Shown here piece by piece: positions 9,144-19,736 of a DNA stretch of 32,000 nucleotides. The translations under genes and the position numbers were made by a program. The stretch is from Methylococcaceae bacterium (lineage in GTDB: Bacteria > Pseudomonadota > Gammaproteobacteria > Methylococcales > Methylococcaceae): contig CADDZF010000010.1 of NCBI GenBank assembly GCA_902812445.1, positions 1 through 32,000 on the forward strand, given 5' to 3'. Below the pieces are notes generated by a model that was not told the DNA's origin, did not search any database, and worked only from the letters and a program-made list of their open reading frames with translations. The first letter of the stretch is position 1. Every line of letters begins with the position of its first letter.

Positions 9144-9596
9144 CTATTCGGTTGTAATCGTCGTTTCCTTGTTGGCGAGCGCCGCCTGCAAAGAATGCCA
9201 GGCCAGAGTCGCACATTTGACTCGCGCCGGATACGCGCGAACCCCAGCCAGCACCGCCAGCTTGCCGAGTTCCTCTAGGTTGACAGCCTCGTCCTTGCCC
9301 GTGGTGATGCGATGAAAGGTCTCGAACAGATGCTCAGCCTGCGCCTCGTTCATGCCCTTGACAATCTCGGTCATCAACGAGGCGGAAGCGGTCGAAATGG
9401 CGCAGCCCGCGCCCTGGAAACTGACATCCTTAATGAGACCCTCATCGATTTTGACATAAAGCGTAATCCTGTCGCCGCACAGCGGATTGAAGCCTTCGAT
9501 CTTGCGGTTGGCGTCCTCCATGACCCGGAAGTTCCGGGGATTGCGGTTATGATCGAACACCACTTCCTGGTACAAATCGCGAATCTGATCGAACAT
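9144..9596 (-). CDS. sufU: SUF-system NifU/IscU-family Fe-S assembly protein (SufU-type)
   Basis: YQEVVFDHNRNPRNF, NPLCGDRITLYV, FQGAGCAISTASAS and RVKCATLAW together supply the three Cys and one Asp pattern of SufU. Its ATG shares one nt with the sufS stop (TGATG). Confidence 0.85.
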   Translation of the reverse strand: MFDQIRDLYQEVVFDHNRNPRNFRVMEDANRKIEGFNPLCGDRITLYVKIDEGLIKDVSFQGAGCAISTASASLMTEIVKGMNEAQAEHLFETFHRITTGKDEAVNLEELGKLAVLAGVRAYPARVKCATLAWHSLQAALANKETTITTE

Positions 9597-10861
9597 CAGC
9601 CAAACACCTCGATGACCTCTTTGATGCCATCCATTAGAACATCGATTTCCTCGACCGTGTTATAGACCGCCAACGACGCCCGCGCCGTCGCCGGGATGGC
9701 GAAGAAGTCCATGACCGGCATGGCGCAATGATGCCCTGCGCGAACGGCGATGCCCAGTTGATCCAGCAAGGTGCCAATGTCGTGGGGATGCACTCGGTCC
9801 AGGGTGAAGGAAAGGATCGCACCCTTGTACCGCGCCGTACCGATGATGTTCAAGCCCTGTATTTGCAAGGCCTTTTCAGTCGCATATCGCAGCAACTCGT
9901 ACTCGTAACGGGCGATGGCATCCATGCCGATGGCGTCCACATAATCGATGGCAGCGCCCAGCGCGATCGTGCCGACGATATTGGGCGTGCCGGCCTCGAA
10001 CTTGTAAGGTAACGCGTTATATTCAGTTTTTTCGAAAGTGACGCGTCGTATCATGTCGCCGCCGCCTTGATAAGGCGGCATGGCATCGAGCAGGTCTGAT
10101 TTGCCGTAGAGGACGCCGATACCGGACGGCCCGTAGAGCTTGTGCCCGGAAAAGACATAAAAATCGCAGTCCAGCCTCTGCACATCGACGCTCATGTGCG
10201 GAACCGCCTGCGCGCCGTCCAGCAGCACCGGCACGCCGCGCCGGTGCGCCATGTCGATGATTTCAGCCACCGGGCTGATGGTGCCCAAGGCGTTGGACAT
10301 ATGCACGACCGATACCAATCGGGTGCGATCGGACAAGAGCTTCTCGAACTCCTCCAGCATCAGTTCGCCGTTGCGGTTGATCGGCGCCACTTTCAGCGTC
10401 GCGCCAGTCTGCTCGCACAGCATCTGCCAGGGCACGATGTTGGAATGATGCTCCATGGCGCTGATCAAAATTTCATCGCCGGCCTTCACGTGCTTCCGCC
10501 CGTAGCTCTGTGCCACCAGGTTAATCGCCTCGGTTGCACCGCGAACGAAAACGATTTCATGCGCGTGTCGCGCGTTGATGAAGCGCTGCACTTTTTCGCG
10601 GGCATCCTCGTACAACTGGGTCGAACGCTCGCTGAGCGTGTGCACGCCGCGGTGGACGTTGGAATAATCGTGCTCGTAGACCCGGCGGATACAATCGATC
10701 ACCGCCTTCGGCTTCTGGGTGGTGGCAGCGTTATCAAAATAAACCAGGGGCTTGCCGTGCACGGTTTCGTTAAGGATGGGGAAGTCGGCGCGGATTTTCT
10801 CGACATCCACTCCGGACGCCGGCGAAGTTCTGCGTGGAATCGATCGTATTGCGCTAGTCAT
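9596..10861 (-). CDS. sufS: Cysteine desulfurase, SufS type (class V aminotransferase, group II)
   Basis: FPIL...VYFDNAATTQKP, the PLP-Lys region FYVFSGHKLYGPSGIGVLYG, and the active-site RAGHHCA. The ATG at 10861 forms an ATGA overlap with the sufD stop. The GTG at 10867 in the track is an alternative start. Confidence 0.92.
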   Translation of the reverse strand: MTSAIRSIPRRTSPASGVDVEKIRADFPILNETVHGKPLVYFDNAATTQKPKAVIDCIRRVYEHDYSNVHRGVHTLSERSTQLYEDAREKVQRFINARHAHEIVFVRGATEAINLVAQSYGRKHVKAGDEILISAMEHHSNIVPWQMLCEQTGATLKVAPINRNGELMLEEFEKLLSDRTRLVSVVHMSNALGTISPVAEIIDMAHRRGVPVLLDGAQAVPHMSVDVQRLDCDFYVFSGHKLYGPSGIGVLYGKSDLLDAMPPYQGGGDMIRRVTFEKTEYNALPYKFEAGTPNIVGTIALGAAIDYVDAIGMDAIARYEYELLRYATEKALQIQGLNIIGTARYKGAILSFTLDRVHPHDIGTLLDQLGIAVRAGHHCAMPVMDFFAIPATARASLAVYNTVEEIDVLMDGIKEVIEVFG

Positions 10862-12180
10862 AACCACTCCTGATGTAGATTAGCCTTTGAAAACAATGCT
10901 AAAAGCTGTGCCTGCACGCTGCCGCGCAAGCCATCCAATCGAATGCGGTCGACCATTTCGTTGGCGAACGCGAACGTCAGCATGGTGCGTGCGGCCTGCT
11001 CTTCGATGCCGCGCGTTTGCAGAAAGAACACCGAATTCTCATCCAGCTGGCCGACCGTCACGCCGTGACCGCACTTGACGTCATCGGCATAGATTTCGAG
11101 CTGCGGCTTGGTATCGATCTCGGCGTTCTCGGATAACAAGAGGTTACGGTTGCTCATTTCGGCGTCGGTTTTCTGCGCGTCCTGGTGCACCACGATACGG
11201 CCTTGAAATACCCCGCGCGCGCGCTGGTCTAGTATGCCCTTATAGATTTCCCGGCTGATCCCGAAGGGTTGTGCATGGTGGATCAACGTATGGTTGTCCA
11301 CGTGCTGGCGGCCAAAGGCCAGGAACAAGCCATACAGCAGACATTCAGCGGCATGGCCCAATTCGGTATGAACTTCGTTGCGGACCAACAACCCGCCGAA
11401 GGAAAAATTGTAGTGGCGAAACCGCGCCGATCGCGCCTGCTGCACGTAAGTGCCGCCGAAGTGAAAGGCTTTGGTCGACTCGCTCTGCAGCTTGTAAAGA
11501 TCGAGCGCTGCATTCTCGCCTATGCTGACTTCGGTGACGGCTGCGCTGAGATAGCTCTGTTCGTCCGCGCCAGCATAAGTCTCGACCAGCTCTAGCGCTG
11601 CATTCGGCTCCACGATGATGAGATTGCGCACGGTCGCCAGAGACTCCGGCCGGCTATTGAGGTAAATGATCTGCAAGGGCTTCTTGGGCAGCGCCTGGCC
11701 GCCAGGGGCACGAACGAACGCTCCGTCGCTGAAGAAAGCGGTGTTGAAATGAATGAAGCCGTGATTTTCCCGCCCAGCCGCCAGACCGAGGTGCGACTGC
11801 ACCAGATTCGGATATTTGGTCAGTGCCTCGGCCAGTCCACAGACGATCATGCCGTCCGGCATCCCGTCAAGCCGACAACGATCGGCGGCAACGCGGCCGT
11901 CGACCAGGACCAGGCGCCAGACGTCCTCAAGCTCATAGTTCTTGAGCCAGGATTCGACCGCTGCGCTAGGCTCGCTGATCGGCAACGGCCTGAACCGCTT
12001 CTTTTCGATCGTCGATATATTGGTATATTTCCATTCTTCCTCTCGCGGCGAGGGGAAACCGCCAGCCGAAAACTGCGTCAGCGCCCGCTCGCGCAATTCT
12101 CTCAGCCACGGCAGATGGCCGCCAGGCAAAGCGGCCCCGATTGTCCGGTACTCCTCGACATACTGACTAACCGCGCTCAT
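10858..12180 (-). CDS. sufD: Fe-S cluster assembly protein SufD
   Basis: Position between sufC and sufS, and a SufB/D beta-helix C-terminal region (...NLLLSENAEIDTKPQLEIYADDVKCGHGVTVGQLDE...FFLQTRGI...). It has an ATGA overlap with the sufC stop. Confidence 0.9.
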   Translation of the reverse strand: MSAVSQYVEEYRTIGAALPGGHLPWLRELRERALTQFSAGGFPSPREEEWKYTNISTIEKKRFRPLPISEPSAAVESWLKNYELEDVWRLVLVDGRVAADRCRLDGMPDGMIVCGLAEALTKYPNLVQSHLGLAAGRENHGFIHFNTAFFSDGAFVRAPGGQALPKKPLQIIYLNSRPESLATVRNLIIVEPNAALELVETYAGADEQSYLSAAVTEVSIGENAALDLYKLQSESTKAFHFGGTYVQQARSARFRHYNFSFGGLLVRNEVHTELGHAAECLLYGLFLAFGRQHVDNHTLIHHAQPFGISREIYKGILDQRARGVFQGRIVVHQDAQKTDAEMSNRNLLLSENAEIDTKPQLEIYADDVKCGHGVTVGQLDENSVFFLQTRGIEEQAARTMLTFAFANEMVDRIRLDGLRGSVQAQLLALFSKANLHQEWL

Positions 12181-12941
12181 GCCGCATCCTCCGCCGCTGT
12201 TTGCCGCTCGATCCAGCCATAGCCTTTTTCTTCCAGTTCCAGTGCCAGGTCGGCATCTCCCGATTTGGCGATTTTGCCGTGCACCAGCACGTGTACATAA
12301 TCGGGCCTGACGTAGTTGAGCAGGCGCTGGTAGTGCGTCACCAAGATGAACGCACGGTCGTTCGTGCGCAACGAATTGACGCCGTCGGCGACGACTTTCA
12401 GCGCATCGATATCGAGCCCGGAATCGGTTTCATCGAGAATGCAGAGCCTGGGCTCCAGCACCGCCATCTGCAGGATTTCATTCCTTTTCTTCTCGCCACC
12501 AGAAAATCCCTGGTTCACCGAGCGGTACAATAACTGCTCGTCCATCTCGACCAGCTTGATCTTTTCCTTGATCAATTGCAGGAAATCCAGCGCGTCCAGT
12601 TCGCTCTGCCCGCGATGCCGGCGCATCGCATTGAGCGCGGCCTTGAGCAGATAAATGTTGCTAACGCCCGGTATTTCCACCGGATACTGGAATGCCAGAA
12701 AGACGCCTTCGCGCGCGCGCTGCTCCGGCGGCATGTCGAGCAGGTTCTTGCCCGCGTAAGTGACGCTGCCGGAAGTAACTTCATAGCCCTCCCTGCCCGC
12801 CAGTACGTGGGACAGCGTGCTCTTCCCGGAACCGTTCGGCCCCATTATGGCGTGGACTTCGCCGGCCTTGACCTCGAGGTTGATGCCTTGCAGAATCGCT
12901 TTGCCGTCCACGCGGACGTGCAGATTTTCGATGGTCAACAT
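12177..12941 (-). CDS. sufC: Fe-S cluster assembly ATPase SufC
   Basis: Walker A GPNGSGKST, ABC signature FSGGEKKRNEILQ, Walker B CILDETDSGLD. Confidence 0.95.
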   Translation of the reverse strand: MLTIENLHVRVDGKAILQGINLEVKAGEVHAIMGPNGSGKSTLSHVLAGREGYEVTSGSVTYAGKNLLDMPPEQRAREGVFLAFQYPVEIPGVSNIYLLKAALNAMRRHRGQSELDALDFLQLIKEKIKLVEMDEQLLYRSVNQGFSGGEKKRNEILQMAVLEPRLCILDETDSGLDIDALKVVADGVNSLRTNDRAFILVTHYQRLLNYVRPDYVHVLVHGKIAKSGDADLALELEEKGYGWIERQTAAEDAA

Positions 12942-13085
12942 GGCTGATTGTCTCTATCTACTAATGAAATCTCACGGCACTTCGCCCCGGGCATCGCGCA
13001 GCGACCGAAGCCACCGTCCAGCGCGGCGTTGATCACAACGCACCTTTTTGCTGCCCGCAGGTCGCTTTCAACCCAAATACTCGCC

Positions 13086-14534
13086 TCAGCCGACGCTCCC
13101 TTCGAGACTGATCCCCAGCAGCGCCTGGGCTTCGACGGCGAACTCCATCGGCAGCTCCTTGAATACCTGCTTGCAAAAGCCGTTGACGATCATGGATACG
13201 GCGTCTTCCGCCGAAATGCCGCGCTGCGTGCAGAAAAACAGTTGATCCTCGCTGATCTTGGACGTCGTCGCCTCGTGCTCGACACGGGCCGAAGGCTGCC
13301 TGACCTCGACATACGGGAACGTGTGCGCACCGCATTTATCGCCGATCAGCAAGGAGTCGCACTGGGTATAGTTACGCGCGTTTTCGGCGCCCTTCAGCAC
13401 CTTTACCAAGCCGCGGTAGGTATTTTGCGCGTGGCCCGCAGAAATTCCCTTGGACAGAATCGTGCTGCGCGTATTCTTGCCGACGTGGATCATTTTGGTG
13501 CCGGTGTCGGCCTGTTGGCGATGGTTGGTCACGGCGACCGAGTAGAATTCACCGATGGCGTTATCACCGCGCAAGACGACGCTGGGGTATTTCCAGGTGA
13601 TCGCCGAGCCGGTTTCAACCTGGGTCCAGGAGATTTTCGCATTGGCGCCCCGGCAATCGCCGCGCTTGGTGACGAAGTTATAAATGCCGCCGCGTCCTTC
13701 CTCATCGCCCGGATACCAGTTCTGCACCGTCGAATACTTGATCTCCGCGTTTTCCAGCGCGACCAGTTCAACGACCGCCGCGTGGAGCTGATTTTCATCG
13801 CGCATCGGGGCGGTACAGCCTTCGAGGTAGGACACGTGACTGTGTTCTTCGGCGATGATCAAGGTCCGCTCGAACTGCCCGGTGTTGGCGGCGTTGATGC
13901 GGAAATAGGTCGACAATTCCATCGGGCAGCGCACGCCCTTCGGGATGAATACGAACGAGCCATCGGAGAAAACAGCCGAATTCAGCGCGGCGAAGAAATT
14001 GTCGCCGGGCGGCACCACGCTGCCGAGATATTGCTGCACCAGCTGCGGGTACTTCCGGATGGCTTCCGACATCGAGCAGAAGATCACGCCGGCCGCAGCC
14101 AGCTTCGCCTTGAACGTCGTCGCCACCGAGACGCTGTCGAACACGGCGTCCACCGCGACGCCGGCCAGACGCTCCTGTTCATACAAGGGAATACCAAGCT
14201 TATTGTAGGTTTCCAACAACTTCGGATCGACTTCGCCCAGGCTTTTCGGCTTGTCGCCGCCCTCTTTCGGCGCGGAATAGTAGCTGATGGCCTGATAATC
14301 GATCGGACCATAGTGCACGAACGCCCACTTCGGCTCCTTCATCGTCAACCAGTGCCGATAGGCTTGTAGCCGCCATTCCAGCATGAATTCCGGCTCGTCT
14401 TTTTTCGCCGAGATCGCGCGGACGACGTCTTCACTCAGGCCGGGCGGCAGGCTGTCGGTTTCCAGATCGGTAACGAATCCTTGCTTGTATTCCTGACTGA
14501 TCAGTCTTTCCAGTTTTTCTGCGCTCGCTGCCAT
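13086..14534 (-). CDS. sufB: Fe-S cluster assembly scaffold protein SufB
   Basis: Full-length SufB-like sequence of 482 aa, including ...[16 protein letters not shown]..., ...YSTVQNWY... and ...[22 protein letters not shown].... Confidence 0.95.
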   Translation of the reverse strand: MAASAEKLERLISQEYKQGFVTDLETDSLPPGLSEDVVRAISAKKDEPEFMLEWRLQAYRHWLTMKEPKWAFVHYGPIDYQAISYYSAPKEGGDKPKSLGEVDPKLLETYNKLGIPLYEQERLAGVAVDAVFDSVSVATTFKAKLAAAGVIFCSMSEAIRKYPQLVQQYLGSVVPPGDNFFAALNSAVFSDGSFVFIPKGVRCPMELSTYFRINAANTGQFERTLIIAEEHSHVSYLEGCTAPMRDENQLHAAVVELVALENAEIKYSTVQNWYPGDEEGRGGIYNFVTKRGDCRGANAKISWTQVETGSAITWKYPSVVLRGDNAIGEFYSVAVTNHRQQADTGTKMIHVGKNTRSTILSKGISAGHAQNTYRGLVKVLKGAENARNYTQCDSLLIGDKCGAHTFPYVEVRQPSARVEHEATTSKISEDQLFFCTQRGISAEDAVSMIVNGFCKQVFKELPMEFAVEAQALLGISLEGSVG

Positions 14535-14558
14535 GATGTGTGCTCCACTTGAAAAGGG

Positions 14559-15023
14559 CTATCGCTGCTGATGAAGGTAAATACTCTGGGCTGGACGCTC
14601 CACTTCTGCCGGCAGCTTGGCCGCCGGTCTGATCATATCGGCCAAGGTGACCGATGCCAGCGCCGTCTTGACTGCAGTATTGATCGGATTCCAGTTGCCG
14701 CGCAGCGTACAGGATGCCGATTGCTGACAATGATCGTGAGAAATGCCGCATTCAGTCAGTGCGATCGGTCCTTCCAGCGCGCTGATAATGCTGGCTACAC
14801 TGATCTTGTCGGGCAGTTGCGCCAGCTCGTAGCCGCCTTTGGCGCCGCGGGTGGACTTCACCAACTTCGCCCGGGCCAAGATCTTGAGAACCTTACTGAC
14901 GGTGGGCAGGGCCACTCCCGTCGCATCGGCCAGTTGTGTCGCTGCATATAGGCAAGCCACCCGTCTTGCCATGTGGCTCATGATAATGATCGCATAATCG
15001 GTTAGTTTACTGATCCTGAGCAT
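14559..15023 (-). CDS. Rrf2-family transcriptional regulator (IscR/SUF-regulator type) heading the suf operon
   Basis: MLRISKLTDYAIIIMSHMA...VSKVLKILARAKLVKSTRGAKGGYELA is an Rrf2 wHTH. A Cys-rich segment, TECGISHDHCQQSASCTLRGNW, is compatible with cluster ligation. The ATG at 15023 has GAGGA upstream. Confidence 0.85.
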   Translation of the reverse strand: MLRISKLTDYAIIIMSHMARRVACLYAATQLADATGVALPTVSKVLKILARAKLVKSTRGAKGGYELAQLPDKISVASIISALEGPIALTECGISHDHCQQSASCTLRGNWNPINTAVKTALASVTLADMIRPAAKLPAEVERPAQSIYLHQQR

Positions 15024-15052
15024 GGCAATCCTCACTAATTAAGGACTAGTTT

Positions 15053-15081
15053 AGTGCTATTTAATTCCCAAGTAAAGCACT
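15053..15081. promoter_or_regulatory. Candidate operator: inverted repeat AGTGCT-N17-AGCACT upstream of the Rrf2/suf operon
   Basis: It is a perfect 6-bp inverted repeat (15053-15058 and 15076-15081) in an AT-rich region 30-58 nt upstream of the regulator start codon. It was not matched to a known IscR consensus. Confidence 0.3.
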
Positions 15082-15161
15082 CGGATATCCGCCTGGACGC
15101 CAGAAGAAAGCGCAGAATAGGAGGAAGGGTTTCGGCTTAACCGACCCGGCGCGACCGTCTT

Positions 15162-16109
15162 TTACGCTCGAGAGTTGGCGAACCGCCGCACGAGGTAAAA
15201 GCTTGCCATTCCGGCCAATAACAGCGGCGCGCTAGCCGGCAGCGGCACGAGCGCCGCCGCGAATTCATCGCCCAAAATAGCGTGGCCGCGTGCCGTCGGA
15301 TGCACGTCACTCCAAAACAGAAAAGCGCCCGGATCGCAGGCAGGATGACTCAAGCAGGCATCGCTGACGTTGAGAAAGCCGTAACTTGCGGGATTTTGCA
15401 GTACTTCATTGAGAACAGCGAAAGTGTCGAATGGAATGAGGTCTGCCATGAGCGTACTGCCCAGAGTAACAAGCCGTTGTGCGAGAGTCTGATTGAACAG
15501 CTCGGTCAGCGTGGTTAATCCGGCGGCGATGGCAGGACCTTGAGCCAGCCCGAACGGGGTCGCGCCCAGATTTGGCAGATTGGGCACCAGGATATGCTCA
15601 GCGCCGGCGTGTGCCAGATCGGCAATCGATTGCGCCAGATTATCAACGGCCGGACCGATCGTATCGCGCGAGGCGCCCAGAAAAAAATCGTTGGCGCCGC
15701 CCCAGACCACGAATAAGGCCGTGGCCGGATTGAAGCCGGCGCCAGGCCCCAGATCGGTAAAAAGCTCCACCTGGTTGCGAATGCCGGTGCCGCTGAAAAA
15801 AGGAATAAAGTTATCTGTGCCCGTGGTTGCACCACCGATCGCATAATCGGTACCGCCCTGCAGCGAAGGTGCCAGATCGATGCCGAGATTGGCGGCCAGG
15901 CGCTCGACCGCCACCGGCCCGTTAGAAAAGCGACGATCGTTAGGAGGACTTTGCGGAACGATTCCACCGCTCAGGAAATACGCATTGCCGTTATCAGAAA
16001 GACTGTCGCCGAAGACGTAGAGGCGATCGAAGGACAGGATGGAGGCACCTGCCGGTGACGGGATCAGCAGCGGACACAGCAGGCTCGCAAGCAGAATTGC
16101 CCAGTTCAT
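15162..16109 (-). CDS. SGNH/GDSL-family lipase/esterase with N-terminal signal peptide and C-terminal VPLPA/PEP-CTERM-type sorting tail
   Basis: Block I FGDSLSDNGN, block III WGGANDF, block V WSDVHPTARGH. Signal peptide MNWAILLASLLCPLLIPSPAGA. The C-terminus VPLPASAPLLLAGMASFYLVRRF is motif, TM helix and basic cluster. The ATG at 16109 has GGAAGGAA upstream. Confidence 0.8.
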   Translation of the reverse strand: MNWAILLASLLCPLLIPSPAGASILSFDRLYVFGDSLSDNGNAYFLSGGIVPQSPPNDRRFSNGPVAVERLAANLGIDLAPSLQGGTDYAIGGATTGTDNFIPFFSGTGIRNQVELFTDLGPGAGFNPATALFVVWGGANDFFLGASRDTIGPAVDNLAQSIADLAHAGAEHILVPNLPNLGATPFGLAQGPAIAAGLTTLTELFNQTLAQRLVTLGSTLMADLIPFDTFAVLNEVLQNPASYGFLNVSDACLSHPACDPGAFLFWSDVHPTARGHAILGDEFAAALVPLPASAPLLLAGMASFYLVRRFANSRA

Positions 16110-16446
16110 GAGAATTTCCTTCCGGTTAATCGTCGAAACGACTGGCATTCGCGCGTAATGACGATACCTCTAGGGTAAGGAATGCGTCAAGGACCTGACG
16201 CCCTTATTGTTCAGAATCGATGGCCGATGCGGCCTGCAACACTCTCGCGTTCGCCTGGATTCTCTATTCCAGCGCCTGCTGCTGCGCCGATCTCTTCGTC
16301 GCGTATCGCATCTTCGATACGCATCACTCGAGCAAACGAGCGGGCCGGGTGGCCCCGGTCGTCCGCTCCGCGGCTGGAGAAATGATTGCTGTATCGGTCG
16401 TGGGGTGGGATAGAGGACAGTACCGCGGCCCCCCTTGATTACCTCA

Positions 16447-17421
16447 CTATCCGATGAGGCCGGTCTTCTCCGTCGGCAGAAACAGAAGATCCTCGATGCG
16501 GGTGTAGTCGCCCCACCCTTCAAGCAGAGCTGCGATTGAATCGACGGCGACCGTCTCGAAGGATGTCCGGTCGAGTAAATAGAGCCTATAATCAAGGCTC
16601 GCTATCCAGTCGAGGTAGTGCATTGGCGAAACGCCGGAAACGCGCGGCGTCATCTCCACGCTAAACTCGCTGATGATGGCAGGACGGCTGCGCGACAGCA
16701 GCCTCTCGCCTCCCTTCAAGACCTTGTACTCGGCGCCTTCGACGTCCACTTTGATGAGATCGACGTCGGGCAGTTCAAGAGCGTCAAGCGTGAACACCGG
16801 TACGACGCTGCCATGTCCGTGCAGGGCGACGAAGTCCTCGGTTACGAAGCCGCCGTTCGAGCCGATGTGCGATGAAAAATATGCCCAGCCCGGCCGGTCG
16901 GACAAGGCAACCGGCATCAGGTTGACATTCGACAGGCCGTTGCGTTCACAGCCCAGCAGAATCAGCCGGCAGTTTTCCGAGTTCGGCTCGAATGCATAGC
17001 ATTTCCCTTCGCCGCCGACGAGTTGCGCCAGCTTCACCGTGTGATAGCCGACATTGGCGCCGATGTCGAAGGTAACCGCGCCAGGTCGGCAAAGCTTGTG
17101 AAAGCACGCGACGAGGTTCGGTTCCCACGCGCTGGATGCCGCACTCGGGACACAGACGGCGATATCGTGACGGTCGACGGGGCAGTCGACTCCATTGATC
17201 GACGCGAAATGGACATCCTCTGGCGAAAGTCGCACCAGCATCGGCGTCGGAAAAGTCTGCCGGTCGAGCGCCATGGTCACGGCGCGGATGTCACCGACGG
17301 TTTCAACTACCTCTTTGCCGAGAACCTGACGCAGCGTCTGCCTGACGTCTTCCGTCAACGAAGGGTTATCGCCATAGATGAGTTGCAGAAAGTCATTCAA
17401 CGCAATTGCCGGACACATCAT
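16447..17421 (-). CDS. FkbM-family SAM-dependent methyltransferase
   Basis: TFDIGANVGYHTV (SAM-binding glycine motif) and LIKVDVEGAEYKVLKG, typical of the FkbM methyltransferase domain. An N-terminal extension of about 100 aa has no recognised family. Confidence 0.75.
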   Translation of the reverse strand: MMCPAIALNDFLQLIYGDNPSLTEDVRQTLRQVLGKEVVETVGDIRAVTMALDRQTFPTPMLVRLSPEDVHFASINGVDCPVDRHDIAVCVPSAASSAWEPNLVACFHKLCRPGAVTFDIGANVGYHTVKLAQLVGGEGKCYAFEPNSENCRLILLGCERNGLSNVNLMPVALSDRPGWAYFSSHIGSNGGFVTEDFVALHGHGSVVPVFTLDALELPDVDLIKVDVEGAEYKVLKGGERLLSRSRPAIISEFSVEMTPRVSGVSPMHYLDWIASLDYRLYLLDRTSFETVAVDSIAALLEGWGDYTRIEDLLFLPTEKTGLIG

Positions 17422-17472
17422 TGGCCTCCCGGGGCAAAGGATAGAGCGCTCGCTCCGAACGCTATCGGTTGC

Positions 17473-17500
17473 AAAACAGACGGCGGTTGGCGGCCACCGT
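17473..17500 (-). terminator. Possible intrinsic terminator after thiC
   Basis: The minus strand reads ACGGTGGccgccaaCCGCCGT followed by CTGTTTT. The stem has one G-U pair and a short U-tract. Confidence 0.35.
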
Positions 17501-17530
17501 TCGCTGGAAAGTCCACAATACGGAGCCGCC

Positions 17531-19420
<1,890 letters not shown>

Positions 19421-19450
19421 TTAGGATGGGAAACAGGCGCAGGTCAAACG

Positions 19451-19542
19451 GGCTTTCCTACGCCGGTATTGACCGGATCAGGTTCAAAGGGTATGTCTCA
19501 GCCGGCGCGTTGCTTCGCATATCGCGCCCGGCACCCCCAGCC
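19451..19542 (-). ncRNA. TPP (THI-box) riboswitch in the thiC leader
   Basis: The minus strand reads GGCUGGGGGUGCC...GCUGAGA...ACCCUUUGAACCUGAUCCGGUCAAUACCGGCGUAGGAAAGCC. This contains the conserved CUGAGA and ACCUGAUCnGGnUAAUACC-GCGnAGGnA elements, closed by a GGCU/AGCC P1 helix. It ends about 45 nt upstream of the thiC ATG, just before the AGGAGG RBS. Confidence 0.9.
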
Positions 19543-19736
19543 TCGCGGATCAGGACCTAACCTAAAGCAAGCGCGAGATTTTTTCAAGTTGAATTGCCGC
19601 AGAGCGCGTCGGCCATGAGCGCGCCGCGGCTCCGGCATCTCGGAACTGGAACCCGTCGTGCCGTAAGCCGCCCGAACAGGCCGGGAACGTCAGGCAGCAA
19701 ACGCTGAATGCACGGTAACGAACTACGTCGTCTTCG

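Noticed and set aside
12948-14369. A 473-aa ORF on the plus strand, antisense to sufB.
   Set aside because: The opposite strand encodes an unmistakable full-length SufB. The antisense translation is Arg/Gly/Ala/Asp-rich with no recognisable motifs. Long open antisense frames are expected in GC-rich coding DNA.
16170-16595. Several 67-141-aa ORFs on both strands in and around the FkbM-lipase spacer.
   Set aside because: They are Arg/Ser/Pro- or Cys/Ala-rich, overlap one another and the end of the FkbM gene, and have no RBS or motifs.
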